Positions 11,954 through 24,294 are shown, counted from the first letter of the stretch. The stretch is DNA of 44,200 nucleotides from Perkinsus chesapeaki ATCC PRA-425 (GCA_013115145.1 JAAPAO010000273.1:1-44200), one strand, 5' to 3'. Made by a program: numbers and translations. The notes: generated by a model from the letters alone, not told the origin.

Positions 11954-13432
11954 ATGGTTGATAACGCTTCAGCAATGGCTGCTACTCCTACCACAGTGTC
12001 GGCTGCGTTCGACGAGACTAAAGGTCTATCCAATCTTCCTGGTGCCGCCGTTGACATGGCCGGTTCTACTCCCAAGAACTATCGAGAGCCAAAGAGCTTC
12101 GTTTCCCCTACGGTTGCTTCAACCGCAAACGGTTCATCGCCCAGACATGTCAGCTTCGATAACTATATTAACGAGATTGACCATGAAGAGCTTTCTGACG
12201 TTTTGAATCGTCTTTTGCCCTCTTTGGACTACCTCGAGACTGCTGACATCACCGGAGCTGGCGACGTCTCGAGCAGCGACCGAGGTGTCCTTGGTGAGCA
12301 TAATGTGACCAACCACCCCAGTCTAGATTTATCAGCTTTGAGCGATAGTGTCTTCGAGGATTATCACGAGGACCACTTGAGGCATTTTTCTGCTGATGGT
12401 GATCTCACTTATACAAGTGATTTGAAGACGACCCCTGCTTACGAGACCCAATATGGTGGTGACGCTGGAGGATCTTCTACTGGTGATTCTGACGAGGTCG
12501 GAGAAATGGTCGAGAAGGTTGTGGCTGCCTTTGTCGATGCTCAGAAAGAGCTCGAAGAAGAACGTGAAAAAAGAAGGCAACTGGAGCTTGAGAACGAAGT
12601 GATGCGTATGAGGATTCGTACCTTGAGCAGTGTTGGTTCGGTCACTAGTAGTCGACACGGTAGCATAAGTTACGCTGCTGCCTTGAACAACGGCGTTAAT
12701 GGTGCTGCTGCGTATGGTGATATCTCTCCTAGAGGAAGAGCAATGACTGCGGCTCTTGACTCCTTCGGGCCTATCGACTCTGAAGTTGCACCTCCTCCAC
12801 CGGGCTTGTTGGAGCACCAAATGTCCGCTCCCCCTCGCTCGTATGGTTTAACTACTCGTAGTGGTTATGGGCACAACAGCAGCTGGGATGTTTCCCAGAG
12901 AAGGTCCAGCTCTGGTGCGTTGAGCCATCATCAGCAGCAGCAGATGCAGCCGGTATCGCCGACCACTCCACCTAAGATGAATTTGCTCGAGGCTTTGCAG
13001 GTCAAGACCGAAGCTGATGAGAAGAGGGTCTTCACTGTGCGTAAAGTGCACAAGCTTGGCTTCAAGGCGAGGCATATCCTTAGGGAATACTTCTCCAAGT
13101 TCGGTCATGTACGTGATGTTGTTCTACTGCCAATGCGTGCCAAGCCTCGTCCGGGCCCCGGTGGTATTGTTCGTGGACCTAGACCGAGCTCCATGGGGTT
13201 TGTCGTCATGTCAAGTCCCGAGGAAGTCCGCCGTGTCTTGGATGTAGACGGTGTCCATATTGTCAGAGGTTGGCCTGTGGAAGTCCGCCCTTTCGTGAGA
13301 CCTGCTGATCCACCGACAACTGCTGCCAATGACCAGCAGCATCTGGATGACGGCTTCTCTTATACCTCTAATCGTTCTCCAACTTCTTCAAGTGGCTCTA
13401 TTAGCAGTACTGTCCGTTCGGACACTGAGTAG
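11954..13432 (+). CDS. RRM RNA-binding protein, dinozoan-type, with a long disordered N-terminus and a coiled coil
   Basis: Intronless ORF; first in-frame ATG at 11954. The C-terminal RRM reads RVFTVRKVHKLGFKARHILREYFSKFGHVRDVVLL...RPSSMGFVVMSSPEEVRRVL...VEVRPF. Coiled coil AQKELEEEREKRRQLELENEVMRMRI and a His/Gln run (HHQQQQ). Confidence 0.88.
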   Translation: MVDNASAMAATPTTVSAAFDETKGLSNLPGAAVDMAGSTPKNYREPKSFVSPTVASTANGSSPRHVSFDNYINEIDHEELSDVLNRLLPSLDYLETADITGAGDVSSSDRGVLGEHNVTNHPSLDLSALSDSVFEDYHEDHLRHFSADGDLTYTSDLKTTPAYETQYGGDAGGSSTGDSDEVGEMVEKVVAAFVDAQKELEEEREKRRQLELENEVMRMRIRTLSSVGSVTSSRHGSISYAAALNNGVNGAAAYGDISPRGRAMTAALDSFGPIDSEVAPPPPGLLEHQMSAPPRSYGLTTRSGYGHNSSWDVSQRRSSSGALSHHQQQQMQPVSPTTPPKMNLLEALQVKTEADEKRVFTVRKVHKLGFKARHILREYFSKFGHVRDVVLLPMRAKPRPGPGGIVRGPRPSSMGFVVMSSPEEVRRVLDVDGVHIVRGWPVEVRPFVRPADPPTTAANDQQHLDDGFSYTSNRSPTSSSGSISSTVRSDTE

Positions 13433-14320
13433 GTGTTGTTGAGGGCTCTAGTTCATTGAACTTCCGCCGCTATTGTAAATGGATTTGCCATTAAGAGCAT
13501 GATCCATCGGGCTGATTAATAAGGCTAGTTAGTCCTTACCTTTTTATTATTATCATCGTATCCCCGTCATCATTAGTCTCAACCACCGCTACATGCGGAT
13601 GGCCGGTGCTGTTGGTTGACGCCTAGGATTTTTTGTGCCCTCAACTTCTCTCTCTGGTCGTTACCGTATCTGAGACCACTAATACCTTAAATTAGTAGTA
13701 ATTGTCCTGATCACCAGTTGAATAGCTGGTGTTGATGGGTTTATTATCTTCTCTCCTTTTGGTGTAATAGGTTCATGCCTTTGTAATCATACTGCTTAAA
13801 TGTTTCATCATTCTTATAATAATGATAATGAGCACGTAAGTGCGTGCGCTGAAGGTGTTGTTACTAAAATCTCGCTGTCTGTCGTCAGTCATTATAGCTC
13901 GTCAACAGCTTGCTATAGCAGTTTCGAGCATTACTAACGGCAGACTTAACTTATCGTTTAACAGCTATGGTGGGACCATGGCTTGTATTGTAATAGTTGT
14001 TATTGTTGTTCTCGTTTCGTCGTCCTCCTATTGCTATTATTCACATTAATCGGCCTAACATACGTATTTATGGTGGGATTGAAGCTACTGCCGCCTTCCT
14101 CCAATATGAATGGCTTGAGTTAATCAGTACAACTTCAGTATAAATAATGAAGCAATCTGGATTTAGTACACGGCAAGTTCGCCAAGTACATACCTAAGGG
14201 GGCAAAGCTCCTTAAGATTTTATGACTTATTGCGTTGCTAGTGGGGTTCAGTTCGTTGTGTTCGTCATTAATATCGCACCTCCTTTAGGACGCCTGATTT
14301 GTATTTTCCCGGGTGTTATA

Positions 14321-16439
14321 ATGTCAGGGCTCCCATCGGCACCTGCTGTGATGGCGGACCATGCTAAGAGAGTTCTGGAGGATCTTAATAAATTTGTCGA
14401 TGAAATTATTAAGCCAGGTGCTGCCTTGCCTCGTAGAAGCTGGTCCCATCGGTAGCCTTCAGGGGAGCATGTCTACCGTAAAGAGCACGCCGAAGGTAGC
14501 AGCCGTTGGGCAAGTCCACCGGTTATGGAGCGCATGAAGGATGAAGCTAAAAAGAGAGGACTGTGGAACTTGTTCATCCCGAAGCACTTTCCGGAAAGTC
14601 GGTACCATTTCTATGAGCTCTGATTAGTGTGGCTGGGGCAGGTCCAGGCCTTACCACATACGAGTACGCTCATTTATGTGAACTCATGGGGAAGCATCTG
14701 CTGACAGCCGAAGCTACCAACTGCAGTGCCCCGGATACCGGGAATATGGAGGTGCTCAAGATTGTTCTATTCACATTCGGTGCTTTTCGGCAAAGTCGTG
14801 GAGAAACGAAGTCCTATGTTACCAGAACCTTATATTGATTGTTTTCTCAAATTTAGGTTTGCAAGCTATTCTATCTTCGCACTGGTGACAGTCTTGGTTA
14901 GGGTAGATGGTCCTCCGAGCTTGGTGTTGCGCGAACTTTCCTTCCGCCTTCTCGTTGCGCTAAAGTAGCAGTAGCACACCCGTGCAAGAGTATCGGTTAT
15001 TTTGAACTTGACAATTTCGTTATCTCAACATAGCTTCAGGCGATTTTAGGTTACCTATGTAGACTGGGACCACCGGTAGTGTTATCAGTTGCTGTTATAT
15101 ATTAGGTTCTCCTTTTGGCTGGTAGTAAGGACCAGAAGGAACGTTGGCTCAAACCATTACTGGAGGGCAGCATACGTAGCACTTTCCTCATGACAGAGCC
15201 TAATGTTGCAAGCTCTGATGCGAGCAATATATCAATTGATATCAGAAAGGATGGGTATGATTATGTCATCAACGGTACGGTAGAGAAAAGCTAGCCTTCG
15301 CCCTTCCACGCGCCTTCGCCTCCTCACCGGCTTTCGTTGAACGTTAGCAGTGGTAGCGTGTTCCTGCAAGAATAGACGCTCAGGCACAAAGTGGTGGTCG
15401 AGTGGTGCCCTTGATGAGCGCTGCAGAGTCGGTATCCTACTCGGTAAGGTTGGCGGTGGGGAGCGACGGCCGGCTCATCAGCAACAATCTATGCTAGTCG
15501 TAAGTCGGTCCTCTATGTAAATAGAGATGAACTTTTTGCTAGATTCCGATGGATGCCCCTGGTATCCGAGTCGTCCGAGCTCTAACAGTGTTCGGTTATG
15601 ATGACGCCCCGCACGGTCATGCATTGGTTGAATTTGACAATGTCAGAGTTAGCCAGCGGGACTCTCTTCTAGGCAGAGAGGGCGACGGCTTCAAAATCGC
15701 CCAAGTAGATCTTGTCTTCCGTTTCGCTTCATGGCTCCATCAGGCACGCCTCGGGCCAGGTCGCATTCACCACTGTATGAGGCTGGTCGGTATGGCTGAA
15801 AGAGCACTCGAGATTGCCGTTGATAGAGCTCATCATCGACGGGCATTCGGGAAACTGTAAAGTGGCCACACCTTGACAACTGCGAAGTGAATCTCTTCAG
15901 TATTGCTCACCATGGTGGAGTGATGACCGAGGTGGCAGAATGCCGTATTGAGATCGAGGCCGCTAGAGCTCTCGTATTGAGAGCCGCTGCAGCCATTGAT
16001 GTAACCGTTTCGGATATTTTCTAGCTCCGTTGATGCACAGCTGCTCTAATAGCGCGTTGCTGTTTGGTTATTTTATGCGTACTATTGTTAGGCGGTCGGA
16101 GTCAAAGGCGCTCTGAATGAGATTGCCGCCATTAAAGTATTCGCACCAAGAATGGCTTGCAAAGTCATCGATCGCTGTATCCAGGTAACGCTGCTCTACC
16201 TATAGAGTGCATGCTTCAACCTTAGATATGCGGAGGTGCCGGTGTGAGTGGTGACCTTGATTTAGCATTTCTCTATACGGCCGCTCGGCCTCTGAGAATC
16301 GCTGACGGCCCCGATGCTGTGGGTTTCTGATTCATTTTCCTTCCTGTGGTACACTGAGGTTTAGGTGCACCTTGCCACCGTTGCCAAGCATGAGTATCGC
16401 ATGCATGCAAAGAAAGCAGCTACTACCAGCCGTCTTTGA
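14321..16439 (+). CDS. Acyl-CoA dehydrogenase, ACAD10/ACAD11/IBR3-type ACAD domain, probably peroxisomal
   Basis: About 10 GT-AG exons assemble in frame: [126 protein letters not shown]. The protein ends TTSRL*. Confidence 0.95.
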
Positions 16440-16719
16440 TGACGATTGTGTGTCTTGACTCGTTTCTTGGATTTCCTGTGTTGTGTTATCTGGAAAGTGA
16501 GTAGGGATAATAACATTCAGCGCACGACTCTCGGGGATGAGGAACAAGATTAAACTACTGTCTACCAGTAACTGCACCATCACACCTTTCTTAAAGCATT
16601 CGCTGTGTGCCAGCTCATATTAGAAATCCGCCAGGCGTAGCGTTTACATTCTGTGGAAATGGATCATGCCTTCCTCAATGGCTGTGGTTTTTTCAAGTGG
16701 TCCAACCACATTTCTCTCA

Positions 16720-18395
16720 ATGCGATCTAGTCTCCTCCGGCGGTTTGCAGTGCGACCATCAGCACCTGGTCGAGTGGTGCAGAACTCAGAGAGTCTTGTA
16801 CAAGAGCTGAGGGCGGGTACCGTCACCAAAGGCCTTCGAGGCCGCCCTACGCCCCAGAAAGCCAACGAATTAGTATGAACTCAGGGCCTTGCTTTGCGGT
16901 GTACTTTAATAAGGTACATCAAGCATGGCGATCTTGGAAGGACCCAAACGAAGTGGCGCGTGCACTCCGAGCTCTGGTGGGGACCTGTCGTGACGAAGGT
17001 TCCGCTCCTGACCCCGCGGTTTGCCTGGATATGCTAGCCTACTTGGAGGAGCACATCACCATTATGACAGACCTTCCTGGGCTTGTGTAACCCATTTACA
17101 GACAGAATGGGAACTCTGTTCATTTCGATGACGTATTTTTGTTAGGCACTCTGTCGGGTTCATATCTACTCCTGTAGGAGTTTTGGAAGACCCCAAGCTG
17201 TCAGCTGCTCGAGACAGGTTCCTCGAGACGGCCTTTGAGAGGCTAAAACGCAGGCATGGCAACCAGTGGAAGCGGATGGATATGCCTCTCGTGGCAGCAG
17301 TGAAGAACTATAGACCTCAGTTAAGGTGACCGACCGGGTTAGATGTACGCCCTTGACAGATACCATAACTTCATCATGGCCGTCCTCGACACCGCAGCAC
17401 GGGAGCTGACTCTCGAGTTTGAGCGACAACACTCTAACTTGGCCGACTCCCTCACGAGATTACCTGTATTTCTGCACGCATATTCCATGACAAAAGAAAA
17501 GGGACACCCGATTCTCGACACCACCATTAAGATTATGTCGGATAACATCGACTCAGTAGGTGTCACTGCAAACGGCATCGGTGATGGAATGTTTTGAAAG
17601 GTGCCCTTGTGGGTGGTCACGAGAACAGCTTGTCACTTGGCCACCATTTTGCAGCGCGAACCGCGCAACGAATCCATCCGGGCATTCTACTGGTGCCTGC
17701 GCCGGGTAGAGTGCGTTGAGCTAGCCGAGGTCGCTAGCGAGATCTTTCCGTTCTATACTGCACTGTGGAGGATTAATGAGGCTCTTCAAGAGGAGGAACG
17801 TAACACCGCAAATCAATGGATGAAATTGGAGCTAGATATTGAACTCGTCAAAAGAGAAGATATTTATTATGATGGCTTCGCTCTTGAGACCTTATGCGTT
17901 CTTCTCTCCGAGACCAGACTGGATGGGACTGCCCTTCTACAGCTGCTCGACGGTAAACTAGTTGAGGAAGATATCGCATCGTTGAGTCCACCAGCCCTCA
18001 TTCAGTCTTTGCGGTAATGGTAAGCTCCTCTCCTCTCCATAACGTCCTTCAGATTACTGGTTAACTTGCCCTCGGAAGCGTCAACTGCACTACAGCGTCG
18101 ATTGGCAGACCATATCTCTCGAGTGCAGTGGCTCTCGCCAGATGCTATTCTCGAACTATCCTCCCTCTTCACACTCGACCCCTCTCTGAGGAATCGAATA
18201 GGAGATGTAACGGCGGGGATGGTCCGAGCTGCCGCCCGAGAGCTTTACCGATCTATATCGGTTGTGGACGATGAAACGCTGATGCGAATCTGCAGTAATC
18301 TGCGAGGAGCAATGAAAGGATTAGCCGGGGATGAGATGCCCCTAGTGCGGCTATTAATCGAAGAGTATGCTGTCGTTGATAAGCATGTTGATTAA
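16720..18395 (+). CDS. Alpha-helical repeat protein with a mitochondrial-type presequence (HPR/OPR/FASTK-like, tentative)
   Basis: N-terminus MRSSLLRRFAVRPSAPGR is Arg/Ser/Ala-rich with no acidic residues. Exons join the ORFs at 16875, 17343, 17601 and 18066. Recurring helix-start motifs occur (IASLSPPALIQSL, VQWLSPDAILEL, SVVDDETLMRI). Confidence 0.65.
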
Positions 18396-18778
18396 ATGTT
18401 TCTGACTACTTTCAAGCTCCCAAGGATTGTGTAGAAGTTGTTATGGTGTGCAACACAATATCCTAAAGCGAGTGAACGCAGCGCAATCAGTGTCCTCCAC
18501 GTGGAATGCAGAGGTGCAAGAGCGATGATAGACAACATTGGTGAGACCCTAATACCACGGGCGGGCACACTCGAGTAGATGTTCCAGCGCTCGCCACCAA
18601 GACGAGACGCGACGGGGGATGAACAGCGGAGACACTCCCTCAGACGTATTAGTTTTAAGTTTTCTTCGACGCTTCTCTACAAAGACAATACTCCTGATTC
18701 AGGCATTTAATTCTATTTATTCAACGTGCACGACAGATTTCAGCTTGGCGCAGTACTCCTTCTTGACCATCCTTAGAA

Positions 18779-19801
18779 ATGTTCCCCGCGCATTATCGTA
18801 TTATTCTGGTATGTCTTGAGCTAATCGAACTGGTTGCTCTCGGAGGAGTCGAACATGTCTGCTCGTCAAAAGACGATCTTCGTCCGGGTGAATATGTATC
18901 GCAGTCCATCGATCCCTCGTTATCGAAGTGCACTCCACCATTGACTTCAGCTAGCATTACCTTGTCCTTGGCGGAAACAGGAAACAAAGTTAATGCCAGA
19001 ATCACTATCGACGGTAAACCGTTAGTGACAAAGGCTACGCTCTACTCGTACACCACTGAAATGGTGTATCATGCGATCATCGGAGACGTCTCGAATGTGA
19101 AATGCCACTGGTTCAAGTATGACAAGAAACGAAACTTCATTCAGGCCTACCGGTCGCTTTTTAAAAAGTGTGGTTTAGACTCCCCAGCGGGACCCATTAG
19201 ACTCGTTCTGTGCGGATACAAGGGTTCCGGAGAGACTCTGGACCTTTACCTCGAGGGCCGCACCTACGGGAAAAAGGGGGGTAAGCTCCGCTTCCTGAAG
19301 CATAAGATATCCTTCATGGTAGCTTCCGCAGCGCCCGCGGTTCCTCATACAGCACATAAGAGAAGATCGTCGTTCAGTGTTGGCACTGATATGTCGGATG
19401 ATAAACCCCTCAAGGCTGCCGCAAAGGGCCCTGATCAGGAATACTCACCGACTATAAAAAAGAAAAAGACCAATGCAGATGAGAAAAGTCCCATAGAAAA
19501 TGGGGTTTATATCGGTGTCGTGCCAGCGGGTGATGTAGGAATAAGTGCAGTTATACAGTTAGAAGACGGAGAGCAGTTAATAACTGTTACTTCAAGTGTG
19601 AATGGGGCACCAGGTCCTAGGATTGACAATGCGGTACTGGTCAAAGCTGAGGATTATCCCACCAGTGGATGCTTCAAGTTAGAGGGGGCCTCTACTCCAT
19701 CGATGATGCGCATGAAGCCAAGCGCAACTCAACCACCTTCACTGGACGTTGATGCTGGAGACGGAGGCAAATATACGCTTCATCTACTCACACTACTATA
19801 G
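18779..19801 (+). CDS. Secreted protein, two-domain, with a basic linker
   Basis: 340-aa ORF with a signal-peptide-like start (MFPAHYRIILVCLELIELVALG). GxY domain starts (RPGEYVS, ENGVYIG) and a linker with KRR and KKKK. The 3' end may be spliced to further exons around 19880-19990. Confidence 0.75.
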   Translation: MFPAHYRIILVCLELIELVALGGVEHVCSSKDDLRPGEYVSQSIDPSLSKCTPPLTSASITLSLAETGNKVNARITIDGKPLVTKATLYSYTTEMVYHAIIGDVSNVKCHWFKYDKKRNFIQAYRSLFKKCGLDSPAGPIRLVLCGYKGSGETLDLYLEGRTYGKKGGKLRFLKHKISFMVASAAPAVPHTAHKRRSSFSVGTDMSDDKPLKAAAKGPDQEYSPTIKKKKTNADEKSPIENGVYIGVVPAGDVGISAVIQLEDGEQLITVTSSVNGAPGPRIDNAVLVKAEDYPTSGCFKLEGASTPSMMRMKPSATQPPSLDVDAGDGGKYTLHLLTLL

Positions 19802-20699
19802 GGATTGATGATGTCCATACCGAAGGATCAGATGCTTCCATTATATTGATTAATCATTATCATTATGTGTGACCTATTTATCAGTTGACTGGAGAACGAA
19901 GACAACTTGTGTTTGCTGAGTCCAAAATGAGGAGTACTCCCACTCGTGTGGGAGCCTTAAGTGGGGATCACCAAATCGACACTCGAGGTAACCTTTCCAC
20001 AGCTTATTATCACGATAGTTAGCCAATCGGATAAAAGTTAAGTTCCCTGCCCAATAGGTCAAAGAGCCGTTGATGAGTGATTTCGTATCATGATTACGTA
20101 GAGTTGAGGTTTAGCTAGATCACAGCCTCGGGTGTTGCTTTTACGATAGCATCACTCCGACCATCATATACTACGGCTTGGGTGCTTCGAGCTGGGGAGT
20201 ACTCCCGACCTAGATCAACATGAATATGCCAAATACTGTCATTTACTAATTGTTGCATCGACCGAGTGATGATAGTACATTCCCAAAAGAGCTGTTAATA
20301 AAGGAATCAACGGTGATTAGCCCCCAGCTATGCCACGGGTTTCTTGTCAATAGAAGATGCCAAATAAAAGCATCGAAGCGGACACACACAAGCACATGAT
20401 TCATGGGCCATGAAGTTCATGGCATGAACGTAGTGAGATATACTAAGGGAGAAAGCCGACAATAATCAAAGCGCATGCAGCATGCAAGGGTACTCTACTG
20501 TGATTACCGGGGTTCCAAGAACACCCTCGAGTCAATGACCTTGACACATCTTACATCGAATAGGTGTATGTCCAGTTGAGACTGAGAGATTCCGTATATT
20601 ACTAGCAAATTTCCAAACCAACATGTGTATTGTATTGCTAGTAGTAACACAAGACACATGGTAGCTAACGTTAGGGCCGAATCGCGGCAGTCTGAAAGT

Positions 20700-23455
20700 G
20701 ACCTCGTATGAGGTATAGGTTGGGTTAGGCCAAGACAACAACTTGGCGCCGATCGTGTTTTCGTGATTACAGACTCATCCCCTGACTGTGTTTGACAAGC
20801 CCTACAACTCGTGAGCTACAAGAAGCATGTGAGAGTTCTGTAAACTGTCCACTGTAGTCTAGACAGGTCACGGCACTATACTCTAGACTCTGGGAGCAGA
20901 GATACATTCTTTTTACGAAACGTGCCAATTCGCAGCAACGCTGAACGAGCCACCCTATACGGTGGTATGAGACTCGTACCAGCACGAGACTCATCCAATA
21001 TGTCTCATACTATGAGACTATCGAGCTGCTAATAGCAGCTTCAGTCCGGGGCTGGTGATGCCCCTCTAAAGGGCTCCGCAGTGCAGGACCTGCCCAAGCT
21101 TTATTTGCGGGAACGCAGGGACAGGCATCATCCTCCGCATCAACCAGATTGCCGATGATAGCTTGCACTTACACAGCCCAGTTGGTACCGGGCTCATTGT
21201 CGGTAGTATTCCGGAAAGCCAGGGTCATCGTATGGTCATACGAAAGGTATGGAGTGTTCGATCTGACAGTGGCTCAGTGCGCCATGACACTGCTTTCGAT
21301 CATCGAAGTTCGATGTTGTTACAGCTGCAGAGCTAATGATGAGCTGCTAAACCGTGGCAAGTTACACAATCTCGTTTTAGTCTGCTTTGTTGATAGCCTG
21401 CATATCACGAGGATGATGTTATTTAGTTTCAGTTGCTCAGCAGCCGATGGTCGACAGCCGCAGTGACAGAAAAATGTTGTGTCTACTTTTCAGAAGGGGT
21501 AGTTTTTTTTGTGGTAAGGATTATACTGATTACATGTGCCACTACCTGAGAACCAGTAATCATGTACACCCTCTCGAACAGTATACGCGGCCAAACGTCG
21601 AAGTTGTCATGGATTCCGAGAGTGAACCTAATGCTTCTCGACATCTACTCTTGTTGACACTTGAAGGCTCTGCGTCACTGGAGCACTCCGCCGTGACACC
21701 GAAAAGTGAAGGCCCGCCCTCAGCTTAGCAAATCCAGAGGATCACCGTAGAAAATGAATTGAATTCTGTATGTTTTTAGTGGAAGCCCTAGGGACGCCGC
21801 TGATGACTTGTGATCCAGAACTGCGACCTTCGCACCTTCCGGAGCATCTCTCCTCTTTCCCTGTGACTGCATTATTAGTTCAGTCTCTCATAAAATTGTC
21901 ATGATCGCTCCTGTTCTCATCATTTGTAAGTTATTGGTAGGGGTTTCAGCCCAGGCGGAGGGGAGTCCTACCGACAGTGCTCTTGGTAACTTCACCGCTC
22001 TATTCCTCGAACGGGAAGTCCGCAACTTCGTGGATAGCACGATCGAGGAGGTAAAGTCTTTTGCAAGTGGCAGGGTACGGTCATTGCGCGAAGACACTGA
22101 TGTGAGAATGCTGCAAAACGACAGTGACTACCCTTCCTGTGGGAGATGTGAATCGTTCTACACCACAGAGTTTATCAACGCTTTTATGCGACAGATGAAC
22201 GAAGCATGCAGGCGCCCTCGTCCTACGGATCAGCTTCTACTGAATGAATTCTGCACGTACATGGAGTTGAAGATAACTAGTGCCCTTCAGTTCTTACATG
22301 GTTATCTTCTCGACCGGTCCCGCTCTCTTGCACTCACTGCTGCTCTTTGCGTCCACATTGGCTGGTGCCCGGCGAAGGCTCTCTTGAATAAGTTCGGCAA
22401 ACTGACCAACCCAGATCGGCTCGTCGATCTCTCCAACTTTGTCTATTGCCAGCACAGGCCTGATGCGACCTTTTCCGAATGCTCGGAAGCTGTTCTAACG
22501 AGCATGACAGATGTTGCTGTTAGGAAAGTCAGCGCTGTATGTTCTACAGAGAACCCTGATGGTGCTTTTGAAGAGTTCTGTTATTTTTATCTAGTGCATG
22601 AGAATTTTGGTCGTGGGATGCTTGTGAGCTTCTTAAGCATCTTCAGTCATGCAGCAGCTCACTGCACTGACAGAAAATGCAGTCAGGTTGAAGTGTGATA
22701 AGAACTTCTTATTAAGAAGCGTATCACAACTTTTGATTCACAAGTGATAAGACTAATACGTGTGGTGATCAGATTGCTTCTGGTAACAGTGCGATTGTAA
22801 AATTCCCAATATGATCCAGCTCACACTGCCAGGCTGCTGATTTTGTACTGAAAATTTTTGTCGGAAGAGTCTAGTCTAAAATATCTTCAAACTGGAGATG
22901 ACTTATTCGATTAGACCTACTTGAGCACAACTCGTTTTTCTGGTTTAATTTGAATAGAGTTGAGTTCGGCTGCTCAGATCAATGTATGGATCCCACCTTC
23001 CGATTCTTTATCAAGGAGTCAATCGGACCGATTCACCTCGTACTGATGTCCGATTGAACTCGTATATTATATACGCGGTATATACGGTATATACACCCTA
23101 AAGTACATCATTGAATGTAGATGTGCCGCGGCTGTCTCGAGAGCGACGTTGTCGAACCTTCCGAGATACATTCTATTCTTCCGAGATTTTCAGATTTTCG
23201 CTCTGCCGAGACAGTCTAAGTGTAGACTCTATGTTAAACCGAACACCATCAAATGGTCCATATAAACAACGTGGCAGGATTTGGAGATAATAGGGTGACC
23301 TCAGTCACCTAAGAGCTAGTGTGCTTCGGCTAATTCACAGTTATGCTTTGCGTCGAGAACAATGCACGTCTGAATTCGGGAGAACATCATATCGATCATG
23401 ACATTATTGACATATTCTAACCTGTATTCTTCCAGCACCGCTAGCTGTAGTGCTA
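20700..23455. repeat. Tandem segmental duplication, copy A
   Basis: Collinear with 24295-27125. Identity is high over about 21400-23455 vs 25100-27125, and there are degenerate matches upstream (e.g. GGTGGTATGAGACTCG at 20961 and 24471). Confidence 0.92.
21901..22698 (+). CDS. Secreted protein with two tandem saposin-like (SAPLIP) domains, paralog A
   Basis: Intronless, 265 aa, signal peptide. Domain 1 has the Cys spacing C-x2-C-x19-C-x14-C-x31-C-x5-C and ends LCVHIGWC (saposin B-like). Domain 2 has six Cys (YC-x10-C-x19-C-x12-C-x27-C-x4-C). Confidence 0.75.
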   Translation: MIAPVLIICKLLVGVSAQAEGSPTDSALGNFTALFLEREVRNFVDSTIEEVKSFASGRVRSLREDTDVRMLQNDSDYPSCGRCESFYTTEFINAFMRQMNEACRRPRPTDQLLLNEFCTYMELKITSALQFLHGYLLDRSRSLALTAALCVHIGWCPAKALLNKFGKLTNPDRLVDLSNFVYCQHRPDATFSECSEAVLTSMTDVAVRKVSAVCSTENPDGAFEEFCYFYLVHENFGRGMLVSFLSIFSHAAAHCTDRKCSQVEV

Positions 23456-24104
23456 CTGACTACGTAGCCCCTCACCATCTTGAATTGTTACAAATGCGAT
23501 GCTGATCCCGCCAACGATAGTTTCGGGTACTCAAACGAACAGAGGTTGTGGAGACGAGAGGAGTAACCTGTGGTTCACTGGTGAGTGAGTAGTGCTGACT
23601 GTAAACCTAAATGCGGGCTTTGCTTGCAAATCGATCCATTCAGACTCTACGGTAGCAGCTGACAAACTATAGCCTAACTAAGCCTCTTTGAATGGCTTGT
23701 TCTTTATTTACTGAGGTATTTGTCAAATGATGATTGCTACTCGATTCTGGCATTCGCGAAATAATTCCCCATTGAAGAATGAAAGACTCGGCAAGATGTG
23801 CTATAGGTATTTTGTCAACAGGAGAGGTCACTTTTCGCATCGAGACAGGCACGCACAATTCCATGAACATAGTGAGAAAGCTCTACGAAAGAAATGAAAC
23901 ATCTGACACCGACCCAATAGTATCGGATACTAAGTATCCGTGAAGCGAAAGTCCCATAAACACACTTCGCACACCTTGCGTTGGATGATCGGCTGGCCCA
24001 GTTAGGATTATTCCCCATACTACTGTTAGCGCAAGACATAATGAATAGCTACTATTTGCAGGTAGATACACTTGAGATCTTGCAACTCAAACTCCAACCA
24101 AAAC

Positions 24105-24250
24105 CCGTCCACGAACGCGAACAACCTGGGAAATTCTGGCGAAACAGTTTGCCGCGTTCGCTTGATATGACCCTCGATTTCTCTAAACAAGTTGTTCGCA
24201 ACAAGTTGTTGTGATATACTTCTGAAGCCGCGGCCTAACGCGCTCATGAA
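24105..24250 (+). pseudogene. Degenerate coding-like relic, repeated at 27421-27545
   Basis: VHEREQPGKFWRNSLPRSLDMTLDF...LL*YTSEAAA aligns to IYEGKKAGEFL*NSLLH*IEMILGF..LL*NTFEAAV at 27421-27545 (offset about 3.3 kb). Both copies carry stops. Confidence 0.4.
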
Positions 24251-24294
24251 GGGCCGCAGTGCGGCATCTGGAAACGAAATTGCAATACAAGGCT

